Positions 35,501 to 46,434 of a stretch of DNA of 64,000 nucleotides are shown here, in pieces. Position numbers and translations under genes: made by a program. The stretch is from the NCBI GenBank assembly GCA_002269645.1, contig NIVC01000392.1, positions 496,001-560,000 on the forward strand, written 5' to 3'. The notes under the pieces were generated by a model that saw only the letters and a program-made list of their open reading frames with translations, was not told the origin of the DNA and made no database searches. The stretch's first letter is position 1. Every line of letters begins with the position of its first letter. This DNA comes from Macrostomum lignano (Eukaryota).

Positions 35501-35580
35501 TTCTCTCCCTGAAACAGGAATCTATCAAAATTTTCTTTTGGAAACTTAAGGCCATTAAAATCGTCTCTGTGAAACAGTTA
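32535..35580 (-). mobile_element. Two family A Helitron-like copies in tandem (32535-34612 complete; 34613-35580 5'-truncated)
   Basis: Each 3' end has the hairpin CTCCTCC-NNN-GGAGGAG followed by TTCCACTCG. Both contain the CT-rich tract and GAAATCCTCTCCGTGAAAC repeats; the complete copy also has a degenerate TTAGGG array at 33765-33792. Confidence 0.7.
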
Positions 35581-37429
35581 TTAATTGAAATTTATTAGAA
35601 AAAGGCCTCAACGCGTGTAAATTTCAAGATTTCCTGCCCTTCTGTGCCTCGCTTCACGAAGCCACATGTGTTATGACTTAAAACGCGTTTTGACGTTGTG
35701 TAGAAGCAGGTATTAAAGTTTAGCAATTGATTTGAGATTTAGTATATAGTGATGATGAAATAAGCTGTAATAATCATACATTGAAGGAAATTTGTGAAGA
35801 GGCTTTTTTCATAATTACTATTTGTATTTACATTGAAAAATTAAAAATTGAACATTATTATACTTTAGTGACGCAGAAAAGTTAAAAAGCATAATAAAAA
35901 TAGCAGAAGAAGTATCGAGCTGGGATTTTTATATAGGAAGTGAAAAATATGAAAGTGCTTAATTGTAGCAACTAAATTTTAATAACAATTTTCCATCGCT
36001 TAGATTATCTGATAGAAATTTTTGGCAAATATTTACAACCTGGGGAATGTATTTGTACGCATGATAATGGAGGGCATCCTGAAAAAAATAATTTGTAGAG
36101 AAAGGATAAAGTGAATTTGATAAATTCCTCGACAATTCTATGTGGCTGATAGAATCCCCATATGGAACAGTTAATTGACAGTCTTGAATAGCTAGCAGCG
36201 AATTTTTCTAGCTTAGCGGGAATTTTCACAAAGGAGCCAAAATTGCCGAGTTGCTATGAATTTCGACACGGCGTATGTAATATTTGATGCCCTGAATTAT
36301 CAAAGGGAATATTTGAATGGGTGAAATACAAATGTATGAGTAATATACAATAAATGAAAGATGGCATACAAAATTCATGAGGCACCCGATCAGGGCAAGC
36401 ACGATAAAACACTTGATCAGATTGAAGTAATTGCACGGAGCTGCAGCTGGGCGCAAATTGGTCACAGCTTGGGCTTCAGCGACTCCGAAGGCTGTCCAGG
36501 GGACTCCGGCCGCGTCCTCAGCTACCGGCGTGTAGACCCTCAGATCCCTGAGCAGCAACGGGCCATTGGGACAGCAGCAACGGGCGGGCTGATGGCACAT
36601 TCAGCTCGGGTCGATGTTGAGAGGCCAGTCGTGGAAGTCAAGTTTGAGCAGCTCCGGCGGGAAGGAAAATGAGGGGAGACTTTAAAGCACAAATCAAGTG
36701 TTCTAGGGCTAAAAAAATGTTTTAATGTTTTAATATTAAAAAGCAATAAAAATTTGAGGCTTGATCGGGTGCAAATAAATTAATAGAAAGTGCGAAATAT
36801 CAGTCTAGCCTGCAGCAGGGCGTTTCAGATGTTAATCTTAATTTCAAAATTTCATTATTTACATTGCACGTGAAGCATTATTTGCTGTTAAATTTTTTGT
36901 TTGAGCTTGCAAATCATAGCTTAAATAGAAATTAAATTATAGATATTTTACTTTTGGCTGAGCTGCAGCCCAGACTTATTATTTACAATGAAAAATCCGG
37001 CAAAAGAAGGACACGAACCCGGTCACCTCGGCGCGCTGCTTTGCCTGCGAGGGAGCTGTCGCAGGTCAGTGTTGCGCGCCGCGGGATGAAGGCCACCGCC
37101 TTTGAAACTGGGCCGCAGCGACCACGGCGACCAGTTCATTGTCCCGCAGATCTCGATGAAGTAACCGGGCTCTACGTCAGCGGCGAGGTCAGAAGTTGCG
37201 TGCTAGGGTGAGAAAATAAAAATTTAGCAGTCAAATTGAGTTTGAAAATTAGAGTTAATTTCCATTACAGACTACCTAAGCATCTATGTCGGCTACCTTT
37301 AGACCTAAATTTTGACTTCTAATTTCCATATTGCCGGTATTGTCATATTTATATTTAGGGTCACCCTAAAAAGTACAGGCTGAAATACACTTAATTCAGC
37401 TGACGACGCTAAAATATGTATTTAGGGAT

Positions 37430-40400
37430 TTAACAATTGAACTTACCAATGAGCTGCCGCAGTACGATGTTCTGCGTCCGACCGCCTGGGGCGCGCACCT
37501 TGACGCCCGATGCACTCCGCGCACGACTCAGAGCCACGTAGAGCTGGCCGTGCTGAAAGCAGCCCGTCGTCAGGTCGACGGCGTAGGTGCTCAGCGATTG
37601 GCCCTGGCTCTTGTGGATGGTCATGGCGAAGCATGGCCGGATTGGAAACTGCAGGCGGCGGAACGTGAAGGGCAGCTCAGCAGGACTCGGCTCCTGTGGG
37701 ATTCGCGGGATGAACACCTGCCGCCCACGGTAGATGCCAGTGGCGACCTCCGCGAGCAGCACGTTGTCCCGCAGCTCACGCAGCAGCAGCCGGGTTCCGT
37801 TGCACAGCAGCGGTGGGTCGAGGTTCCGCATCATCATGACCGGCATGCCGACCTTGAGCTCCAGCCGGTGATGCGGCAGGCCGTTGGGATCAAGTCGGTT
37901 CAGCAGCTCCGGTGTAAAATTGGTAGCTGCCACATCGTCGTTTGGAATTGAATCGACTGATAGATAAACCCGACTGTCTCCAGGAAAGAGCGCCAGGCAG
38001 GCGGCGTTGGTCTCGTCTACCGTCCTGTTGAGCGGCGACAGAATGCTCCGCTCCGCGAACATCTGGTCACGGTGCGGGCTTGGCTCGAACGACGGGTAGA
38101 CGCGCCGGATGAGCTGCTCAGTGGTTGTGTCATCAGGCATGAGAATCTCGCTAGGCAGGGAAACCATGCCCTCTTCGTCCTCTGGTAGCTCTCCGTTGCC
38201 AACCTAATGGAATTGAGGAATAAAAGAGACATTTCACGTCATAGAGTTAGTTATTTAGTCTCTGTAAGCATGCAGAAATCGATTTAGAAGAATATTGTAC
38301 ATATTTTGAAATTTGTTTTGGAACGTAGATTATGAATGAAAAGCATTAATTTGAAACTTCGTGCAAAATAGTGAAGGAATTATTTTCTCACCTGCATAAG
38401 AAAATCTGCGTAGCTTTTGGCATCAGAGTCGCTCTCGAGCCGCAGATTTCTGGTCAAGTGGTGCTGCTGGAAATGCGGCCACAAAGCCGACTGAGTCAGG
38501 CAGGCGTCGATCGTGTTCGCCTGCGTTCCTCCGGGCACCACAGCCAGCAGCTGGCGGAAGTCGCCGGCTAGCACCAGCAGCGCTCCTCCGAACGGCTGCT
38601 CGACCCGCAGCAGATCTCGCAGAGACCGGTCCACGATCTCCAGGTCCTTGCGGTGCGTCATCGGTGCCTCATCCCACACGATGATTCGCGCATTCCGCAG
38701 AATCTCTGCGAGCTTGCTCCGCCTGCCGATGGAGCAGAAGGCATTGTCTTGCCGAACTGAGCAGACGGGTATCTTGAACCTGGGCGGAGAGGATGAAAAT
38801 TCGGGTTGAACAGCAAAGCTCGATATGAATTGATTAGGAAACGGAAGCCGCTAAAATATGCAAGCAAAAGTCACAAAAAGTGCCAGCAAAGCAGAAATAA
38901 AATAAAAAAAGGCGGCTCACATTGAATGTGCCGTCCTTCCATCGGGAAGAATGGTCGCCGCAATTCCAGACGATGCCACCGCTACAGCAATCTGACGCTT
39001 CGCTCGAGCAGAATTAAGCAGAAGCGTCAGCAAGAATGTCTTGCCCGTGCCGCCGGGAGCATCGATAAAGTACAGACCGCCACCGCCGGCCTGCATGCTG
39101 GACTGAATGGCGTCGAAAATGGCCCGCTGCTCGCCAGTCAGGGTGCCGATTTGCACCATGACTTTTGCCTGGAGCTCAACTGCTTCTTCGTTTGTCGGCA
39201 GGCACTCAGTAAGTCGGTGGGTCTGGGAAAGAGAAAAGAAATTGCTTATAGAAGATTTTGTTTATCAGTTCTGCATTAAAGCTGCACTCTATAGCCTTCC
39301 TCAATAGTAAAATTTTCATATTACGTGATTATTTTTTCCGCATAAATGAGTACTCGTAAGAAATGAAATTACAGAAATAATGCTTTCATAAGAATAAGTG
39401 CACTTACCTGATCCGGCTCTACCCGTGGCTTAGGCAGGCCGTAGGCAGGCAGCTCAGATCCTCCCATGGTCTCCAGAAAGTTCTCCAGTTGCCGCAGCAC
39501 TTCGACTCGGCAGCTTCGGTGCTGTAGCCCTGGTGCAGCAGGTCGCCAGCCATGTCACTGGAGAACTCGCGCCACAGCTTCGGTGGATCGCTGGGGTCAC
39601 CATGGGTGAGAATTGCCGCGAAAAGCCGGCGCAGAGCTGCTGGCAGCCGCGTCTCCACAGCCTCGCGCATGCACAGCTGCCAGTGCTTGTCGTCTTCCAG
39701 CAGCCCTCTCGCCTGGCAAGCGGCCTTGAAGGTCGGCAGCAGGACGCCGTCAACAGTGCGCAGCGCCTCGAATGACGTCGGGCCGCGCACGTTCACCAAG
39801 AGCAAGCGCAAGTAGAAGCAGTCGCCCATCCGAGGACTGACTGTGTAGATGCGGCCGATATTGCCGGTCGTCAGAACGCCAGCTGGCTGACCGGCAGTCT
39901 CTCGGCCGCGACCTGCGCGATGCCAGGTGTGCGCCCTGATGTCCCAAGTGAAGTGCCGGGGCACCTCTTGGTAGAGCAGGCCTCGGGCGACTTCATCTTG
40001 GCGACAGAGCTGGCAAGGTGTATGAATGTGTCATGATATGAATTCTCGTATTATAGTAAAAAAGCGGAGTAATGTTGACTGCTTTAATTAACTTGAAGCA
40101 TTCTAGTATAAGCATTGCCTATAGTACACTATAGTACATTACTATAGTAATGCTGGAGATATAAGCAAAAGCAATGGTTGGCTGAAAGACTTACATCAAA
40201 GAAGGCGGTCAGAGTCGTGTCTTTAGGCCGAGCAGCAACAGCCTGGGCCGTCTCGCGAGTGAAGAAGACCCGCTGCTCGTCCTTCAGATGGACGGCGAGT
40301 CTGATCACAGGGGGTATCGGCTGTGCACTTCAAAGCCCAGGATCGTATTGACCGCTTCCATTGGACCGATGTACCTGCCCAGAAGGTAGTCCTTGATCTC

Positions 40401-43400
40401 GTCAACCATCTTGCCGTGCGCCGACTGACCGACAGTAGGGGCAGTAGTGCTGGCTGACGCAGATGCAGCCTCTTGTCGGACTTGATAGGCAGCCATATCG
40501 CTACCCTTGGTGATGTACTTTACGACATACTTGATCGCCTTGACTGTCGCGCAGATCTCGACATTAAGGTGACAGCGAAACTCGCGCAGCAGCGCTGGGC
40601 AGTACGGAACCACCCAGCGATTGTCGAAGGTGAAATTCGCCTTCTGACCGCCGCGCAGCTTGGCCATCTTTGTCACCGAAAAGCCGCCCACATCGACAGA
40701 TCTGCGGCAGTAGTGCGGGTAGCCGCCTTCTTCAACCCTAGTGGCTGCTAGGAATGCCCTCGGGTAGCGTTTGCTGCAGACCCCGTTCTCCATGCACGGC
40801 GCTCCCGGGTTGAGCTGCTGGCCACACGGACCATGCAGCAGATTCTCGGCGACCAGCTTGTGCAAGTCCGCGTCGGAAACTGGGTCCGGGATCTCGGCGC
40901 TGATGATTGAGTCGTACTGGTCCGGCTTTAGCTTGTCGGCCAGCCACAGCAGAGCGTGCACGTGGGGAAGACCTGGATGTGGATAAAATTTAATTTTATT
41001 GAAATTAACGAAATTTTGGAGGCGACAGATAATGCTACAGTTTAAAGCTTAAAAGTACACTTGCCTCGCTTCTGGTACTCCAGCGAGCAGACTCGAGCCA
41101 GAGTATCTCCAAACAGACTCTTTAGCCTGTTTAGGAAGGCCTTCTTCTTCAGCTCGAACACCCGGGCGGTGATGTCCGGCCGATCGACGGCAGTCTGGCC
41201 CGGAAGCAGCTTAGCCAGAATCTCGGGCCACTTGGGGTTACACGTCATCGTCAGGAACAGGTCTGGGCGGCCATAGGCGTGAACGTATGCCATGGCATCC
41301 TGCTGACGCTCAAGACGGTAACGTGGGCCTCCGACGTAGCTGGAGGTCAGGACGATATGCTTCCCGACTTCTTCCGAGTTGCCGTCGTCCTCGTGCAGCG
41401 CGTCTCGGAGACCACGAAGACTCTCGGACTGCAGGTCTTTCTGGTGCTGCCGAATGTACGTAAGTCGCTCGGACTCGATCTTGGCAGCCTGGTCCACCAG
41501 GTACTGCTGGAAGAGCCGGCGACCGTACAGCATGCTGTTGAACTGGCCTGGCCGAACCTGAATCATGAAGACGTAGAACTTCATGTTGGTGATGCCGCGA
41601 TCCTGCTTGAGCCCAATGTGCCAGCCGTCCTCACCGAAGGGGAATAGGAGCACATACTCCAACGGATCATAGGAGCGGTGGGTCTCGCAGATATCTTGCA
41701 GGCCTGCGAATGAGTAAAAATAGAATTAGGAAGTAATGGAGGAGATAATCAAGAATCTTTAAAGATTAGCTCTAGGGGAGAATAAAATTTTACCGCTCCT
41801 ATAAAGTAATTGGAGGTACTTCATAGATGCCATAATTGCTGTAAATTAATAATGTGCCTGTCGATGCCATAGAACTCACCACCATCTCTCAGACGCAAGA
41901 TCACATCCCGTCGCTGCGCCTGAATTACGCCTTCATCATCGCCAAGGTCCGTTAGGATGCCAACTTCACTGCACTCGGGCAAGTTGAAGCGCCGGACATG
42001 CTCCCCAGATGGGCGGGCATCTGAGTTAATCACGACCTTGGCGTTCTGCAGCTGCGGATCGCTGCGCAGCAAGTCGACTGCGGACTGGAAGCTGCGCACG
42101 TAGCTGTTGCAGTCGTGCAGAGTTGCCTGCAGTTCCGCCAGCAGACGGCTGTTCAGCCCGGTGGCCCACTGTAGTCGAGCTTGCTGCTCCTCGTCTACAA
42201 AGAAGACCTGGCAGAACCGAGCCGGGTCCCCCGGGTTCGGCAACAGGCTGCCGATCCGATGGTGCATCTGACCATGGAGGATGAAGCTCAGGTTCCAGCC
42301 GGGCTGCTCTCGCTGTGCGGCACCGAGAGATGTCATGTGGAGGGCGCCGTTGTACTTCCGAATGTCCTTGAGGAACTGCGAGCTGTCCGGATGCTCGCCA
42401 GTCAGCAGTCGCTTCAGGACATCAAGCGGATCACGGCGCGGCTCCAGGTGGGTCTGCCGGTGGGGTTTAGAAAATTCCTCATCTTAAACAGGTTATAAAA
42501 ATTACGGCATGGCAATCAGTAAAAAACTAAAAAATGTACCATTTGCATGCTCTTGCTAAAGTATTCATTAAGTTGTCACGTTATTTGATGTTGGCCGTGA
42601 CCCTTAAAAGGGCCGTTTTAGTCCCAAAATAAGTTGAAGTCAACTCAGGCGAAGTGGATGGTGTAGCGGAGCACTTGGCGATAAAGGCAGGAAACTGCCG
42701 TAGTCGTTTTTATTATCAATATAAATAGTAAGTTTGGTTGTCACTGGCAAATAACAAACTATTGCTTTCTGGGCACTGGCGGCTGCAACAATGGTTGAAT
42801 AGAATTTGGATACGAAGTCAAGTGGCAGGCGAATGACACAATGGCGATGTGACGTGAGCAGAGGCTATGAGCACAGTGAAGGCAGTGAAACGTAGTGGCG
42901 AGTTTGGCGTCGGTCGTGGCGTGAGACAGTCAAGTAAGTGTGTGAGCAGGCTGGCCCAGGCAGAGGGGCCGTGGCGAGAAATAAGGAGGCTCGAGGCAGC
43001 CAGGCAGGAACGCAAAAACACACACACGGCCAAGGACAGACAGGGAGAAGCGAGAGAGAGAGGAGAGGAGAGAGGAGTGCCCGCCGCCAGGCGGGGGGGG
43101 GGTTTAATAAAGGAGCGCAGAGGGGGGTAGCGCGAAGCACGAGTGGTTTCATTGGCTGGCGAGAGAACTTAAAATTATCGATCGTGCCAGTTTTATACGG
43201 TCGCGAGAGAGGATAGCAAAATATACAGTGAATTAGAAATTGCCACAAAATCGTTGGGCACTACTACAAGTAAACGTCGCAATAAACGAATGGAAAAGTT
43301 TAGTTGAAACGGTGAAACTGAAGGGTTGAATGACTATGGAGAACAGCAGTCCAACGGCCCTTTTCGGGACCACCTTAAACTGACAACGTCACAAAGTGTC

Positions 43401-44466
43401 TAAAGCTTCATGCCATTGATAAAGTAATCAATAAAATGATCAATAAAACTGATTATTAAAACTGGACTCACCTTGCCAGAGTGGCAGCAGATGCTGGCTG
43501 GCTCGTCATTCCAGCGTAGCGCGCCGCAGTGCGGACACTGACGGTCCATGCGGCCGAGGACATGTGGCTAGTGTGCCAATTCCAGTAGTCTGAGATGCAA
43601 AAAAACGCTAAATGTAATTATGAGGATCATTTAAGTAAAGATGCTGAATGTGGATATAAAGTCCCATTACGCTAGGAGCCTTCTACGTAAAGGTTGTAAT
43701 GTATGGGCTACAAAAATATACATTATAAAGGCTTATAATCTATCTTATATATACTAATTTTGACGTGTTGTTTGTCCGATAAGAAGTAATAATAAACTAA
43801 TTTTAATAATAATAATAAGAACTAATAAAAAAGAACTAATAATAATTATCATAGAATATTAAACACAGTAAAAGCATTGATGTACATTGTAAAATAAAAA
43901 AATGAGTGAAACGCCTACCTGTCTCGGCGCCGGTCTGCTTACGCATGCAGACGCAGGTCGTGCTCATCAGCGGCCTCAGCCGTGCGAAGCTGACTCTGTC
44001 GCTGCCGCTGCACGTCAAGGCGATGCATGTGGACCGTCTCCGATTCACTCGCGCGGCATTCCGCTGTGTGCTGCCGGTCCTGCTCGAGGCGATGCTTGCG
44101 CTCGGCCTCGCCCTCAGCTGCGCGGTCTTCAGCTGTTCGCAGCCGGTTCTGCTCGAGGCGATGCTGGCGCTCGGCCTCGCCCTCAGCTGCGCGGTCTTCA
44201 GCTGTTCGCAGCCGGTTCTGCTCGAGGCGATGCTGGCGCTCGGCCTCGCCCTCAGCTGCGCGGTCTTCAGCTGTTCGCAGCCGGTTCTGCTCGAGGCGAT
44301 GCTGGCGCTCGGCCTCGCCCTCAGCTGCGCGTCTTTCCGCCTGGCAAAGCCGATTCTGCTCCAGGCGTGCTGCATGCTCCTCTGGTGTCTCGGAGTCCCT
44401 CCGCTTCTTGGCACCAGCTGCAGCGCGTGTAGAGCGGGACAAATTGCCTCGACCGCGTTTAGGCAT
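37430..44466 (-). pseudogene. Helitron RepHel (STPR-like repeats, Zn finger, HUH Rep, Pif1 helicase); 9 exons, disrupted
   Basis: Exons 44466-(43942 or 43919), 43589-43472, 42453-41880, 41703-41065, 40972-40195, 40009-39408, 39222-38921, 38779-38392 and 38203-37430. Motifs PDLFLTMTCNPKW, EYQKRG|LPHVH, YVVKYITKG, DAPGGTGKTF, WDEAPM, GDFRQ, FAMTIHKSQGQS and HGQLYVALSR. TAG at 43570-43568 and frameshifts at about 40310 and 39503. Confidence 0.95.
44075..44350 (-). repeat. Coding 69-bp (23-aa) STPR-like repeats in the RepHel N-terminus
   Basis: AEGEAERQHRLEQNRLRTAEDRA three to four times, preceded by ETPEEHAARLEQ. Confidence 0.85.
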
Positions 44467-44789
44467 TACAAAAAAAGGAATATATTTGAAGAAAATATTT
44501 TAAAAAATATTGAGAGGCGATTGAAACAATCCGGCCAAGTGTGGATCGGTGGTATCGAAACAAAACGTGACTTTAAATAAAGCAATTAGCTGTCCTGTGC
44601 CTGCAGCTTTGCGTCACTAAATCTCCACTTCTCTACACCAAGTGTACAAACATCGCTTTGATGAGTAAAACTGCTGCCTAACCAACCAATCAGCGGACAG
44701 TTTTCTGTGGACTAAATTTTATCTTATCTTAAATGTACATACAGACAATCGATTTAGTTTATTAATTTAGGATTCACCAATGACTATGC

Positions 44790-45899
44790 ACGAAAAGGTG
44801 TGAATTCTTCATGGGGGGTTGGGGTTAGGGTTACCATCATTTCATCGTTCTTTCATTTCATTGCTATCTGTAGCCTACTGGGAATTCACTGTGTACACTG
44901 AACCCTATCACTTCACCGCGGCCCGCCACCCCTGGCCCCAAGACGGGTTATTTGAATTGAATAGTGTCAGAAAATTTAAAGAAAGATTTTTTCTTGAATG
45001 CTGTGCCCTTTTGTTTTCATGATTAAAGCAAGAAAATTATTTCCCTGAACTCAGCGTTGCAAGCTCTTTCTAGCAATATAAGCCTCTCCTCTCAAAGTTT
45101 AAAACTCGAGGAACAGTTAGCGTTTGTAATTTCCCAATTTCCCGACTGCTTGCCTGAGAGGCTCGCAATTTTGTACATTGAATTTCGCTGCCAAGCTAAT
45201 ACACAGGGCCGATAATAAAAATGTGAACCAATTGAATAAATTGATTGCACAATATATTTCTGTGTTAGTCAGTATCAATTAAAGTTAAAGTTAATAAAAC
45301 GTTTGCGCAATCTAATCAACTCTCCAATACAAAGCGATTGACCCCCCTTCCTATACACAGCGCCAGTTAGAAGTCGAAACCCCCAACTTTATCTCTCACC
45401 TCTCGCCAAAATGAGTACAATCTTTGCAGAAAGTTAAAAGTATGGACATAGTTTTTGCAATGCGGAGCTTTTAGTTTTCATATTTAAAGCAAACAACTTA
45501 TATCCCTGAAATCAGCTTTGCAAGTTCTTTCCAGCAATATAAATCTTTTCTCTCAAAGTTAAAAACTCAGCAACTAGTTTGCGTTTGAAACTTTCTGATT
45601 TAAAGCATTGAAATATCGATTGTACGTTCACTGCCTGCTAAAGAGGCCCGCAAGTTTATGCATTGTTTTTCAAGGTTCAACAAAATCAGAGGGCTGCCTA
45701 TTGAAAATTAGAACACAAATCTTTGCGCAATTGTCTATAAAGTCAGCCGGTGAGCCAGTGTCCAATTGTACGCATGCAGCCATTTAGAACGCCCCATCCC
45801 CCCACTGGAGAGTAAATACACTGCAGAGATAGGGAAAAGTTGTGGCGCAATCACTAAAAATTTATGCATTTTTTCATCTCCCAGCAGAAAGAGGGGACA
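44790..45899 (-). mobile_element. Partial family A copy interrupted by the Gypsy LTR
   Basis: Shares ATATCCCTGAACTCAGCGTTGCAAG and GCAGAAAGAGGGGACA with other A copies. The LTR starts right after GAGGGGACA, where intact copies continue ATTAAG. Confidence 0.7.
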
Positions 45900-46295
45900 T
45901 GTAGCGGTTGTGAAATGAAAAAGGTGGAGCTAGGCGGTGGTTCGCCCTTGTTTGCTTCTTTGTTTGGCACTTGAGTTTCTCAAATATCCAAAGAGGCTTG
46001 GAGCAGATGCTGGTTTAGCTACTGTATATTTATACTATAATTTGTCCGTCCGGAAATTTCTAGAATCATTTTAGTGCGGTAAAACAAACTGTATAGTAAG
46101 TATCGTACGTACGGTATTCATATTTTGTATGATGATGAATTACAGTAAATAAATAATTATTGAGTAGAAATATTTACTACGAGATTACAAATAGCTAGAT
46201 AAAGAATTTACTAGAATTTAACTCGTACTGTATTGCAGAAATTTCTGGAAGTAAACATCATACGGTATAGAACTTTCGCGAAGGTCACTACAACA
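45900..46295 (-). mobile_element. 3' LTR of a minus-strand Gypsy element (about 393-396 bp)
   Basis: TGTAG (45900) ... CTACA (46292) termini, with a minus-strand PPT GCGGGGGGAC adjacent at about 46296-46305. Confidence 0.8.
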
Positions 46296-46434
46296 GTCCC
46301 CCCGCGGAAGATGGAGTCCCTATGAGTCAGTTGATCGCGGATGAGTATGTACAAGATGAAACGCACTGCATGTAGGTCTGCGGATGAAAATTGTACAATG
46401 AGAAAGCGTCAGCTGTTAGTGGGTAAAGAGTTAG

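Larger units (their letters stand above)
37430..44772 (-). mobile_element. Autonomous-type Helitron; 5' end located, 3' end not found
   Basis: Minus-strand A|TCCTAAATTAATAAACTAAATCGATTGTCTGTATGTAC at 44772, about 300 bp upstream of the RepHel ATG. Confidence 0.65.
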
